Shown here: positions 37,898 through 47,586 of the stretch, piece by piece
Position numbering within the stretch: position 1 is the first letter of the stretch
How the letters are laid out: the number at the start of each line of letters is the position of its first letter
Assembly (NCBI GenBank): GCA_020348885.1
Contig: CP070755.1
Coordinates: 1,532,196 to 1,594,646 of the forward strand
Reading direction: 5' to 3'
Origin: Candidatus Coatesbacteria bacterium
GTDB lineage: Bacteria > RBG-13-66-14 > B26-G2 > WVWN01 > G020348885
DNA length: 62,451 bases
Position numbers and translations under genes: made by a program
Notes under the pieces: model-generated
Told to the model about the DNA's origin: nothing
The model's database searches: none
What the model saw: only the letters and a program-made list of their open reading frames with translations

Positions 37898-38989
37898 TTA
37901 CTCGGCGTACCGGGCTTTGATGCCGCCCAACGACTCGGGCGTTATGTTTACGTAACCGGTGGTAAACTGCCAGTATTCGGAAGCCGAGTTGCCGACCATG
38001 TCCTCGCAGTAGATTTCAACGGTATAGGTCTCACCTTCGTTTAGGTCCTCGTCGGGTTCGAAGTCGATGATTATATCCGTCGGGTCGCTATCGTCCACGT
38101 GAAGCATACCGTTGACGGGGTCCATATTCTCGTCGTAAAAGTCGAAGGTAGAAGCGTCCATACGTATGCCGCTGTCGGCGTCTCCCATGTGGCAACCTAT
38201 CCACGTATCCACCGGGACGCCCGACGGATAGTCCTCGTCGTGGGGGTAAGTATCGGTAATGTACGGGTCTTCGTCGTCGTCGCAGGGAACGCCGTACAAC
38301 CGCAGCGGCAACCCGCCGGGACCGGCGTCGGTCCAGGGACCGCCCCCTATCATCCAATCCGGCGATAGATTATCGGCGCAATCCGGAGGTCCAAAGACTG
38401 AACCCGTGAAATAACGCTGGCAAGCGAACCAAAAAACCTCGTCGGGGATGACCCAGGTCCAGCCTTCCGTTACGGCGTCCTCTATTCGGGCGCTTAATAA
38501 ATAGACCGGGTAATAACCCCATAAATACCAGTCTATTGTCTCGGTCAGATCGTTGTAGTCCCAATAGTCAACGGCGACGGTGCCGGTGACGTAACCGAGT
38601 CCGCCGTTACCGCCTTCCACGTCATCGTGCCAGCCCGGGTTTGAACCGTACTCGTACGGTTCGGTGGTCGCGGGTTCGGTGCCGCCGTCTCCGTAGATTA
38701 TAACCCAGGCCCCTTTTAAATAATTGGGAGAGCCGTACAAATAACAGAGATAAGTCTCCCACTCGGTCAGTTCGTAGCCCGGCGTGTCAACCTGGAAGTT
38801 GTCGGCTACTTTCTCATCGGAAGTAGAACTGTATGCGAGATATCCACCACCCACGCCGTCCCACTGGTTCCATATCATATCGTCCCGGGAACCGGACGGA
38901 GCAATTTCAACGACGGATGATGTGGCGAAAACGGAGCTTTGGACTAAAACGCCCAAGGCTAGAAGCATTACTAAACCACGTTGAATCAT
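37898..38989 (-). CDS. Secreted family X protein (divergent first gene of the array)
   Basis: KVADNFQV, EPYEYGSNPGWHDDVEGGNGGLGYVT; ends ESLGGIKARYAE. Confidence 0.87.
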   Translation of the reverse strand: MIQRGLVMLLALGVLVQSSVFATSSVVEIAPSGSRDDMIWNQWDGVGGGYLAYSSTSDEKVADNFQVDTPGYELTEWETYLCYLYGSPNYLKGAWVIIYGDGGTEPATTEPYEYGSNPGWHDDVEGGNGGLGYVTGTVAVDYWDYNDLTETIDWYLWGYYPVYLLSARIEDAVTEGWTWVIPDEVFWFACQRYFTGSVFGPPDCADNLSPDWMIGGGPWTDAGPGGLPLRLYGVPCDDDEDPYITDTYPHDEDYPSGVPVDTWIGCHMGDADSGIRMDASTFDFYDENMDPVNGMLHVDDSDPTDIIIDFEPDEDLNEGETYTVEIYCEDMVGNSASEYWQFTTGYVNITPESLGGIKARYAE

Positions 38990-39096
38990 AATTCCCCCTC
39001 TGCTGGATGTTGGATGCTGTGGATACTACATACGTGAACTCCTTTAAGTTCTTGGCGTTTTCGGCTTTCTAAAACCCCCGATACGCCTTTTACTCA

Positions 39097-39125
39097 AATA
39101 TAGCAGAAGCATATTGTTAAGTCAA
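39097..39125 (-). promoter_or_regulatory. Putative sigma70 promoter of the family X operon
   Basis: TTGACT-N17-TATATT with TG extension. Confidence 0.55.
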
Positions 39126-39304
39126 ACAGTATATCCGCGTGAAGGTCGGTTTCTTTGCCAGCCATCCGTAGTACAGAGAAAAACACGGTATTACGCAAAA
39201 ACGTTAGTATCCGCGTAGCCGCCTTTTGGCGTTTGGGGTTGACTTTTCCGCCGAATCTGATAACATACGCCAAACTCAACTAACGCTGGAAAGGAGTGAA
39301 CTAG

Positions 39305-39862
39305 ATGAAAAACATTATCGTAACTTTGTCGCTGATAGCCGCGGTATCCGCTTTCGGTATCGGTATGGGCGACGTTGGCGGCGGCGGCGAAATCGACACG
39401 ACCAAAGCCGACGAACTGCTTGCGAAAATAGACGAGATTACCGCCAATTTCGACGAGTGTACCGCCCGTCTGGACGCTGCTAAAAAAGCCGTCGACGAAG
39501 TCTGCGCCGCCCACGGCATCTCTGACGTTATCGGCGACCCGGGGGTCACGGCCGGCATCGCCGGCGACCTGACCGACGACGAGAAAACGACCCTGGCCGA
39601 AGCTTTGGAAAGCGTAAGCGACGTACCTGAAATCCTCGGGAGCGTCCCGGACGATATCGCCGAGGTCATGGAGAAAATCCCGGAAGTTATGACCGACCTA
39701 GCGGACCAGATATCCGACAACCCGACGAAAGCCGGCGACCTGAAAGACCTTCAGAGCAAGCTCACCGACGGCCAGACGAAGCTGGGCGAAATCGTGCCGG
39801 CCGCGGCCGAAACTGCAACGTCGGCCAACGAACTTACGACGACCGTCTCGACTTTGTTGTAG
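39305..39862 (+). CDS. Secreted acidic alpha-helical hypothetical protein
   Basis: GGAG RBS, signal peptide MKNIIVTLSLIAAVSAFG, heptad-like D/E/A/L-rich helices. Confidence 0.8.
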   Translation: MKNIIVTLSLIAAVSAFGIGMGDVGGGGEIDTTKADELLAKIDEITANFDECTARLDAAKKAVDEVCAAHGISDVIGDPGVTAGIAGDLTDDEKTTLAEALESVSDVPEILGSVPDDIAEVMEKIPEVMTDLADQISDNPTKAGDLKDLQSKLTDGQTKLGEIVPAAAETATSANELTTTVSTLL

Positions 39863-39884
39863 CTATCGCACTTATAATCGCTTC

Positions 39885-39908
39885 TAAAGGCGGCTCCGGC
39901 CGCCTTTA
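39885..39908 (+). terminator. Intrinsic terminator
   Basis: TAAAGGCGGC-TCCG-GCCGCCTTTA followed by a T-rich tract. Confidence 0.65.
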
Positions 39909-40072
39909 CGTTTTGTTTATCGAGCGCGTAAAATACGGCCTGACGTGAAGCGTTCGGCGGAGGCGGTATCGGGATCGCCGGTCGACGCCAAATATCTATT
40001 GCCGCGCCGTCGTGATACTGGTATCATCCGGGGGCTTTCGAGTCACTTTAACCGACCGCCCGAGAGTATTAA

Positions 40073-40567
40073 GTGCGCAGGTTCGTCACATTTGCCCTAG
40101 TAATCGGCGGGACCGTATATTTACAGCACGGTCTCGGGCCGCACCTAGCGCCCTGGGGTATTAACCCGGACCTCACCCTCGTACTCATCGTTTACCTCGC
40201 GCTTAACTGGGGCGGTTTCGCCGGCGCCGTGGCCGGTTTCTGCCTCGGGTTCGCGTCGGACGTGCTGTCATGGGGAGTAATAGGCGTGGGCGCACTGGCC
40301 GGGACTGTCGCCGGCGGATTGGTAGGCGCGTACCGGGGAAACATATACGAACGTAGTATCGTGGCGCCGCCGGTCCTCACCGGCCTCGCGACCGTATTCA
40401 AGGAAGGCGTAAACCTGGCCGTATTGGTTATCGTAGCCGGCGCCGTAACCGTCGGCGGTTACCACTTTCTACGGCTCCTGCTGGTCGTCGTCATCAACTC
40501 GGTCGTTGCCGTACCTCTCTTCCTGTTCTATTGGTGGATAATCCCGCCGGCCGACGGCGCTAAATAA
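40073..40567 (+). CDS. mreD: Rod shape-determining protein MreD
   Basis: Small multi-TM protein with PDLTLVLIVYLAL..G...GAVAGFCLGF..DVLS....GV.AL pattern. Confidence 0.8.
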   Translation: MRRFVTFALVIGGTVYLQHGLGPHLAPWGINPDLTLVLIVYLALNWGGFAGAVAGFCLGFASDVLSWGVIGVGALAGTVAGGLVGAYRGNIYERSIVAPPVLTGLATVFKEGVNLAVLVIVAGAVTVGGYHFLRLLLVVVINSVVAVPLFLFYWWIIPPADGAK

Positions 40568-40582
40568 GGAGCGTTGAACACG

Positions 40583-41134
40583 ATGAAGCGCAAACCAACG
40601 ACGGTTCTACCAATAATCGCTTTCACGGTAATCTATTCTGCCACGATAGGTTGCTGCTGCTACACCGACAAGGAGTTCGAATGGGAGTGGGACGTCGGCG
40701 ACCTCTCCGAAGAACCGGCGGAACCCGCCGCGCCGCCCGACGAAAGCGCAACAACAGAACCGGCCGAAAGTTTCGACGAAAGTGTACATATGTTCGTGGA
40801 AGCCCTTGAGAGCAAGAATCCGCAAGACTTCCTACCCTTAATCGGCGACAGCGTCCTGGCCGGCGAACCCTACTCCGAAGGCGAGTATTTCTCTAGTGAC
40901 GAGTTCGTAGGGATACTAGGCGCCGGGGATTCGCCGTACGCGCATGCTCTGTACAGCGACGAACGCGTATCGTCTTTCGTAAACGAGTATAACGCCGGGA
41001 CACTCGAGAAAGCCGAGTGGGGCGACGGCGGGTACTCATTATCGACCGCCGATTATATGTGGTACGTCGCGTTCGCGCCGGCGGCCGACCGTAAATGGTA
41101 CCTCACTGTCTGCGCCGTCGCGTCGTTTGGTTAA
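40583..41134 (+). CDS. Putative lipoprotein, acidic
   Basis: MKRK + hydrophobic stretch + IGCCC. Start set at ATG 40583 from AGGAG spacing. Confidence 0.65.
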   Translation: MKRKPTTVLPIIAFTVIYSATIGCCCYTDKEFEWEWDVGDLSEEPAEPAAPPDESATTEPAESFDESVHMFVEALESKNPQDFLPLIGDSVLAGEPYSEGEYFSSDEFVGILGAGDSPYAHALYSDERVSSFVNEYNAGTLEKAEWGDGGYSLSTADYMWYVAFAPAADRKWYLTVCAVASFG

Positions 41135-41245
41135 CCGCGGGCCGATATAATAGAAACCGGCCGGGAGGGGGACCCGACCGGTATGCCCGTGGGGAGCATA
41201 ATATGCCGTGCTCACGGGGGCAAACGCTTTGAGTTACGCGTTCTT

Positions 41246-41716
41246 TTAATCGTCATCTCCCCCACCTTCGTTGTCCGGGCCAGCTTTGTCCTCAATGATA
41301 ATCTCGTATCCGTCATCGAGTTCCCGTATAATTACGCCGTCGTTCTCGCCCTCTTCCAATCCGCTCGGGTCGCCTTCGAATATATCGTCCAAACTCTCGC
41401 GTATGGTATCTTTGTTACCCTTCGCGATTACGACGACGCGGTCGGCCACCTCGTCTATCGAAACGTACAGGTCGTTCTCCCGGAAGTACGGCTCTTCGCT
41501 GTCCGGGTTTTTCGGGATGTAAACCTCGTACTCGCCGGTTACGGAATCGAACTTTACGCGACTGTCGCCGGCCTCCATATCCAAAAAGAAATCATCACCG
41601 TCCCAATCGAAATCGATGGATATGTCCTCCGGCGGCTCCGAGACTTCCTCGCCAGCGGTTACGAACGACGGTATCGAAAGGACAGCGACTAACGCGGAAT
41701 AAACTATCTCCTTCAT
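41246..41716 (-). CDS. Secreted very acidic hypothetical protein
   Basis: GGAGG RBS; signal peptide; D/E-rich beta-strand pattern. Confidence 0.7.
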   Translation of the reverse strand: MKEIVYSALVAVLSIPSFVTAGEEVSEPPEDISIDFDWDGDDFFLDMEAGDSRVKFDSVTGEYEVYIPKNPDSEEPYFRENDLYVSIDEVADRVVVIAKGNKDTIRESLDDIFEGDPSGLEEGENDGVIIRELDDGYEIIIEDKAGPDNEGGGDDD

Positions 41717-42023
41717 ATCGTACCTCCGTACATTAGTACGAAAAAACCGGGCCGGGGTTTCAGAAATTACGGTACTGAAGAATAGATATCTATTTTAAAT
41801 ATCGGAAGCGGCGGTTTTTAGCCGTAAAAACCAGTGACAAAGAATTCGGCGTTACTCAACGAAAACGCGTAAGGGCCGAGCTTCAGCTCGGCCCGAAAAG
41901 CTCCAACTGATAGTGGCGGCGATTCGGGAACTTCTTTAAAAAGGTGTATTCTTAAACCCGACGATCGCTCGATGAGCAGGATAACGTACTTTCCGTCTAT
42001 CGTCACCACGGCAAAACGGTAGA

Positions 42024-43667
42024 TTAAAACGCACGCGTTTCGGATTCACCGGGGCCCACGTCTTCTCTCGCGTATATCGTAAACCGCCCAAAAGCCGCAG
42101 CTTCGTAATAACCGTCGGCTTCGCCTTCGGTCAACGCTTTAAATAGTTTATGGAACCTGTTAAAAGATTTTTCGCCACGTTGCAGGTCGCTCGCCCGGTT
42201 CGGGTTTTCGTACGTCTTCTCGGTAGTACTATCCGTTACGAGTACCGCCGGACGATTCTCATATAAATCGTCCAGCGAATGTACCCGAACGTCCTCATAA
42301 CCGTACGACGGCGCGTAGGCGTTGTGCGTTTTTCCCACGGCAGACCCCGGTTTAACGTAAAGCTCGAACCACTCCGCGACGCTCCGCGCGCTTTCCACGT
42401 GCGATTTCAATTTCACCAACGCGGTTGCCGAAGAGTACACGCTTGCGATGAGAGCGACAGCCACAGTACCCACCGCGAGGGCCCGATAAATCGGCCGTCG
42501 CCGCGCCAGTTCCGTCAATACGAACGCCGTCGTCAACGCGAAGAAAGGTAATACCGGTAGAACGTAGCGCGGCATCCGGTTTCGAACAAGCAGAAAAAAA
42601 AACAAGAAATAAACGAAAGCCCAAGCTACCGGCAACACCCGGGGCGAAAGGACGACTTCGAACGCACGCAAACGCCTGGTCGCGAAAGCCCACGCCGCGA
42701 GTATCACGCACGTCGCGACGAAAACTACCGGTATCACCGGGCCCCCGTTCTGTAGCGATAATATTTTTGGCAACCATAACAGCGGGTTCGCTGAATACTT
42801 AAACATTAAACCCGAAGTGGTAATGTACGAAACGTGGTAAAAACCTTTAGCGAAACCGACCGGGTCTAAGACGATAACGGGCGCCGATATGAGTGCCGCC
42901 GCTATAAATATAGTTACGACTAAAACCGTAATCAGCAAAATTCTACGGAATCTCGCGTCGCCGGTGTACGTCTTGCCGATAAAAGGAGCCGCCGCGGCGA
43001 CGATGATAAAAGGCAGTAATGTCAACCCTGTTAATTTTACGGTAAAACTAAATCCAGCCGATGCCGCGGCGAAGTAAACGAGACGGCGTTGACCGCGTAA
43101 ACTCAACGCCGCGGCGGACAGGGCCGTGACGACGAAGAATACGTTAGGGGCGTCCGGCCGTACCGTAACAGCATATCTCTGGAAAACCGGGACGGTCGCG
43201 GTAAAGAGAACGGCCAGGACGGCCGTCGACCGTCCGTACGTATTTTTCGCGTAAACGTAGAGGACCGCCAGGGCGCCCGTCGTGAAAAACAAACTGAGAA
43301 AACGCGAGACTATGACGTACGGCTCGTAGTCAAGATAGTCGCCTACATCGAAACCGGCTACTGCCGATACCGTATCATATAAAGCGAACGCGGCGGCCTC
43401 CATGTAGAAGTAAAACGGGCCCCAATCGTAGAAACCGCCTATAAGAATAGTCCGCTCTTCGAGTAGCTTTAGAGCAGTGCTAGTACCGAAACCCTCGTCC
43501 CAATCGAGGGCCGTCGTTAAACCGTACGGACCGAACGGAATGAATAGACGGTAAACCAGAAACACGGCGTAACAAACGATGAAAACTCCCGGTAACAACC
43601 AATTCAAAACGCTTTTCTTCGGTCGGACCATGTCTACCATGTTAAATAGGCGTACCGAACTAATCAA
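42024..43667 (-). CDS. GT-C fold glycosyltransferase (ArnT/PMT-2, GT39/GT83-like)
   Basis: DWDEG after the first TM; YDWGPFYFY; many TM helices; R.D..N, K.TG, PRYVLPVLPF. Start uncertain. Confidence 0.82.
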   Translation of the reverse strand: MISSVRLFNMVDMVRPKKSVLNWLLPGVFIVCYAVFLVYRLFIPFGPYGLTTALDWDEGFGTSTALKLLEERTILIGGFYDWGPFYFYMEAAAFALYDTVSAVAGFDVGDYLDYEPYVIVSRFLSLFFTTGALAVLYVYAKNTYGRSTAVLAVLFTATVPVFQRYAVTVRPDAPNVFFVVTALSAAALSLRGQRRLVYFAAASAGFSFTVKLTGLTLLPFIIVAAAAPFIGKTYTGDARFRRILLITVLVVTIFIAAALISAPVIVLDPVGFAKGFYHVSYITTSGLMFKYSANPLLWLPKILSLQNGGPVIPVVFVATCVILAAWAFATRRLRAFEVVLSPRVLPVAWAFVYFLFFFLLVRNRMPRYVLPVLPFFALTTAFVLTELARRRPIYRALAVGTVAVALIASVYSSATALVKLKSHVESARSVAEWFELYVKPGSAVGKTHNAYAPSYGYEDVRVHSLDDLYENRPAVLVTDSTTEKTYENPNRASDLQRGEKSFNRFHKLFKALTEGEADGYYEAAAFGRFTIYAREDVGPGESETRAF

Positions 43668-43950
43668 GGGAAAACACCACTACCGTACCGGCCTTACACA
43701 TCCCGATAAATTATGCGGTATGGTTTTACATAACTATTAACTAGGTTCCCCTATTAGCAACAGGAACGCCGCTTCTATCTGTGTGCATTATGAAGTAAGA
43801 GCCCTTTCATTCTCCCCTTGATTTTTCCCTTCAACCTTCTTATTATATCGGTCGTTCCGCCATTAACAACCCCGGCGGTACCTACGGTATTAACTGCTAG
43901 ATATAACCTTAAATCATTAACGCTTAACCCCTGAAATACAAGGAGTTATA

Positions 43951-45489
43951 ATGCCGGATAAAGCGCGTAAGGAGATATTAAAGCCTTTGGACATAGAGGA
44001 AATAAGCCCGGGCGCGTTCGACGGGGAGTGGTTCGGTTCCGGCGAACCTCTGGGGGTCATATCCCCCATCGACGGAAAGCCCATCGCAACCGTTACCCAG
44101 GCGTCCGAAGAGGACTACGAGCGAGTAGCCGCCGCCGCGTACGACGCTTTCTTGGAGTGGCGCGCCATACCTGCGCCCAAGCGCGGAGAGATAGTCCGCC
44201 TTATCGGGAATGCGCTCCGCGAAAAAAAGGAACTCCTGGGTAAACTCGTTACTTTAGAAATGGGCAAAATCCTGGCCGAGGGCGAAGGTGAGGTCCAGGA
44301 GATGATTGACGTATGCGACTTCGCCGTCGGCCTGTCGCGGCAGCTCTACGGTTTGACGCTGAAGAGCGAGCGGCCGGACCACAGGATGATGGAACAATGG
44401 CACCCGCTCGGCCCAATCGGCGTTATCAGCGCGTTCAACTTCCCGGTGGCCGTCTGGGCGTGGAATTTCGCGGTCGCGGCGGTTTGCGGTGACGCGACGA
44501 TATGGAAACCGTCGTCAAAGGTCCCGCTTACGGCGATAGCGAGTACTAAAATCGCCGCCGAGGTACTCAAAGAGAACGGCGTTCCGGGCGCCGTCGCAAG
44601 CCTTGTAATCGGCCGGGGCAAGGACGTAGGGGAACGACTAATCAACGATCCGCGGGTACGTCTCGTAAGTTTCACCGGTTCGACCGTTATGGGAAAGCGG
44701 GTCGGCGAGGTCGTGGGCGCACGCCTGGGCAAGACGATACTTGAGTTGGGTGGCAACAACGCGGTAATAGTCTCGGACCGGTGCAATATAACCAACGCGC
44801 TTCAGACGGTCCTCTTCGGCGCGGTTGGGACCGCCGGCCAGCGGTGTACTTCCACCCGCCGGGTAATCATCCAGGAGAAAGCCTTCGAGGAGTTCGTCGG
44901 TAAACTCGTCGGCACCTATCAGCAGGTAAAAATCGGCAACCCGCTTGATGACGGGGTGCTGGTGGGTCCGGTAATAGACACAGCCTGCGTCGAAGCTTAC
45001 TTCGCGGCGATCGAAGCTTGCAAGAAGGAAGGCGGCGAGCTCCTATACGGCGGCGCCGCATACGCCGACGCGCCCTTCGACTCCGGGACGTACGTCGTCC
45101 CGACGATAATGGAGGCCGAGAACCGCTACGATATAGTCCAACGCGAGACCTTCGCGCCGATACTCTACGTTATGCCGTATTCGACTATCGAGGAGGCGGT
45201 CGCACTCCACAACGGCGTACCCCAGGGGCTATCGTCGGCCATATTCACCGACGACGTGTACGAGGCCGAGTACTTCGTATCGGACCGGGGTTCGGACTGC
45301 GGCATAGCGAACGTGAACATCGGTACCTCCGGCGCCGAGATAGGCGGGGCCTTCGGCGGCGAGAAGGAGACCGGCGGCGGCCGCGAGTCCGGCTCCGATT
45401 CGTGGAAGCAGTATATGTTCCGCCAGACCAACACGATAAGCTGGGCCAAGGAGATACATCTGGCCCAGGGTATTAAGTTCGAGTTGTAA
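43951..45489 (+). CDS. Aldehyde dehydrogenase family 7 (piperideine-6-carboxylate/aminoadipate-semialdehyde dehydrogenase-like)
   Basis: EGEGEVQEMIDVCDFAVGLSRQLYG, ISAFNFPVAVWAWN, SFTGST, LELGGNNA, AGQRCTSTRR, ETFAPILY, GAEIGGAFGGEKETGGGRESGSDSWK. Confidence 0.95.
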   Translation: MPDKARKEILKPLDIEEISPGAFDGEWFGSGEPLGVISPIDGKPIATVTQASEEDYERVAAAAYDAFLEWRAIPAPKRGEIVRLIGNALREKKELLGKLVTLEMGKILAEGEGEVQEMIDVCDFAVGLSRQLYGLTLKSERPDHRMMEQWHPLGPIGVISAFNFPVAVWAWNFAVAAVCGDATIWKPSSKVPLTAIASTKIAAEVLKENGVPGAVASLVIGRGKDVGERLINDPRVRLVSFTGSTVMGKRVGEVVGARLGKTILELGGNNAVIVSDRCNITNALQTVLFGAVGTAGQRCTSTRRVIIQEKAFEEFVGKLVGTYQQVKIGNPLDDGVLVGPVIDTACVEAYFAAIEACKKEGGELLYGGAAYADAPFDSGTYVVPTIMEAENRYDIVQRETFAPILYVMPYSTIEEAVALHNGVPQGLSSAIFTDDVYEAEYFVSDRGSDCGIANVNIGTSGAEIGGAFGGEKETGGGRESGSDSWKQYMFRQTNTISWAKEIHLAQGIKFEL

Positions 45490-45500
45490 ACCGTATCTAC

Positions 45501-45540
45501 AAAAACGCCAGCGTACGCTTTACGCGTACCCGGCGTTTTT
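45501..45540 (+). terminator. Hairpin/terminator after the ALDH gene
   Basis: AAAAACGCC...GGCGTTTTT with an inner GCGTAC/GTAC stem. Confidence 0.6.
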
Positions 45541-45828
45541 GTATTGATAACGTATGCGGGGCTTTTTAAGATACGATTGTGGCAGATCCTACCGACAGGC
45601 TCCCCGCAGATCTGGCCGCGTTTTTTAAAGCCGACCCTGCCCGGTGACTGCTGAAGGCTCGACCGCCACTGGTCCCGTATCGGACATATACGTAGATACG
45701 GCTTTTTCGATACCCAACCGACTGACAATTTCTGACAGGTCGATAATCTATTATCGGTAGTCGGTGCTTGTCGTAAGTAGAAGCTGTCGCATAGGTACTG
45801 TCGCTCTTCTAACCAGGGGGATTCGATT

Positions 45829-47586
45829 ATGATAGTACACATACCAAGGATGGAGCAAGATCCGATGATGATGGCTAGGTACAAGGGGGTCAAAACCGTA
45901 CGCGTTACTATAAACGAAGAGTTTTTCCTGGACGGGCCGGTCACGAAACGAATCGCAGTACTGGATTTCGACGCCGATACGGGCGAGTTAAAACCGGGCG
46001 CGAAGTTCCGACCGCCGAAGCCGGGCCGTAAAATAGGGACGTACGCGATAGAGGACGAGACCAACGTACACGCCCGTGATTTCAGACAAGTAAACGCTTT
46101 CGCGATCGTATATGGAACGTTGAATATGTTGGCGAAACCGCACACCCTCGGACGTCAGCTTACGTGGGCCTTCGACGGTCCGCAGTTGTTAGTAGTCCCG
46201 AACGCCGGGGAATGGGAAAACGCGTATTACGAACGGGATTCCCACAGCCTACAGCTCTTCTATTTCCGGGACCCGCGATATCCCGACGAACCCGATAAAA
46301 CTATTTATACGTGCCTTTCGACTGATATTATCGCGCACGAGACGGGACACGCTATTCTCGACGGTATAGCTCCGGACCTCAACGACGCGATTACGCCGCA
46401 GTCACTGGCGCTTCACGAGGCGTTCGCGGACCTGACGGCTTTATGGATGGCTTTCGAACACCGCCAGCTTCGTAAGGCTGTACTTGATAGGACAGACGGT
46501 TCAATTGAGGACAGCAGCGAGTTTACGGCTATCGCTGAAGAATTTGGAACTGTACTTAAAAAGATGTACGACCCGGGCGAAGAGATCGGAGCCCTCCGCG
46601 ATATTAACAACAAGAAGAACCTTATCCCGGGCGCCGACGACTATGTAGCCGATATCGAACCTCACGCTTTAAGTCAAGTACTGAGCGGCGCTCTATACGC
46701 GGTCATGGTAAAAATCCATAATGGACTGGTAGATGAGTATTCCGGAGGCGACCCGAATAAACGGAAATCCGTTTCGGGCAAAGCGTTGGCCGTCGGCGCC
46801 GCGCGGTTTAAACGGATGCTTTTCCGGGCCCTCGATTACCTCCCGCCCGGTGAAATTTCGTTCGCCGATTACGGACGGGCTATCATCGCTCATGACCAGG
46901 CCCATTACCCTGACGACGGGCAAGTACGCGAGTGGATCAAAGACGAGTTCGTTAAACGCGGGATAGTACGGAACAGGGACGCCCTCGAAGTAAAGACCAA
47001 CTTCGAAGAACCCGCGTTGGAAAACGTCAACGTCGAGATGCTCATAAATAGCGATTGGGCCGCGTATCAATTCGCGAACGAGAACCGTAAGTTGCTTCAC
47101 ATACCGAGCCGGCCGCGCCGAATCCCTTTCGAAGTAAGGCCGCGGCACGACGTATTGAAGTTATATTACTACGGCCCCAAAGAATTCGAGAAAAGGCGCG
47201 AGTGTATATTGAAAGTATCGTGGGATGAAATCGAACCCAACCGCCTGGGTCCCCGATACCCGGACCGGCGGCGCATTACGGTCGGTACGACCCTCGTAAT
47301 AAAAATGAAAAAGAACGAATATACCGACGAGGAGAATACGAATACGGTCCGCGCCCTTCTCACTTCGTACCACAAGAAACTGCGGCCCGAGGAGCTGAAA
47401 GAGCAACGGGCGGCCCGGGACGAAATGTTGCAACGGCTGGTAGATATGGGTCTTCTTTATCCGGAAAAGCACGTAACCGGACCCGACGGTAAACCGCTAC
47501 GTTCGGTCGTTCACGCCGAATGTGCGCGCGGTCCCATGCACGTACGCGGCACGGCCCGGACGATACACATCGCGAAGGAGCTGTAA
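45829..47586 (+). CDS. Cytoplasmic gluzincin metallopeptidase (M4/M36-like) with a long C-terminal extension
   Basis: ENAYY, DIIAHETGHAILD (HExxH), LHEAFAD (third ligand ExxxD), EPHALSQV; no signal peptide. Confidence 0.85.
   Translation: MIVHIPRMEQDPMMMARYKGVKTVRVTINEEFFLDGPVTKRIAVLDFDADTGELKPGAKFRPPKPGRKIGTYAIEDETNVHARDFRQVNAFAIVYGTLNMLAKPHTLGRQLTWAFDGPQLLVVPNAGEWENAYYERDSHSLQLFYFRDPRYPDEPDKTIYTCLSTDIIAHETGHAILDGIAPDLNDAITPQSLALHEAFADLTALWMAFEHRQLRKAVLDRTDGSIEDSSEFTAIAEEFGTVLKKMYDPGEEIGALRDINNKKNLIPGADDYVADIEPHALSQVLSGALYAVMVKIHNGLVDEYSGGDPNKRKSVSGKALAVGAARFKRMLFRALDYLPPGEISFADYGRAIIAHDQAHYPDDGQVREWIKDEFVKRGIVRNRDALEVKTNFEEPALENVNVEMLINSDWAAYQFANENRKLLHIPSRPRRIPFEVRPRHDVLKLYYYGPKEFEKRRECILKVSWDEIEPNRLGPRYPDRRRITVGTTLVIKMKKNEYTDEENTNTVRALLTSYHKKLRPEELKEQRAARDEMLQRLVDMGLLYPEKHVTGPDGKPLRSVVHAECARGPMHVRGTARTIHIAKEL

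Noticed and set aside
36511-37920. Long antisense ORFs (also 14171-15070, 30195-30833, 31588-32502, 23542-24309, 6017-6721)
   Set aside because: They shadow well-supported genes on the opposite strand, lack recognisable motifs, and are expected from GC-rich codon bias.
30213-38989. Diversity-generating retroelement acting on the paralogue array
   Set aside because: No reverse transcriptase in the window, and differences between copies involve all four bases and indels rather than being adenine-specific.
41818-42009. Possible IS200/RAYT TnpA remnant (ILLIERSSGLRIHLFKEVPE)
   Set aside because: The resemblance is weak: no HUH motif, no catalytic Tyr helix and no flanking hairpins.
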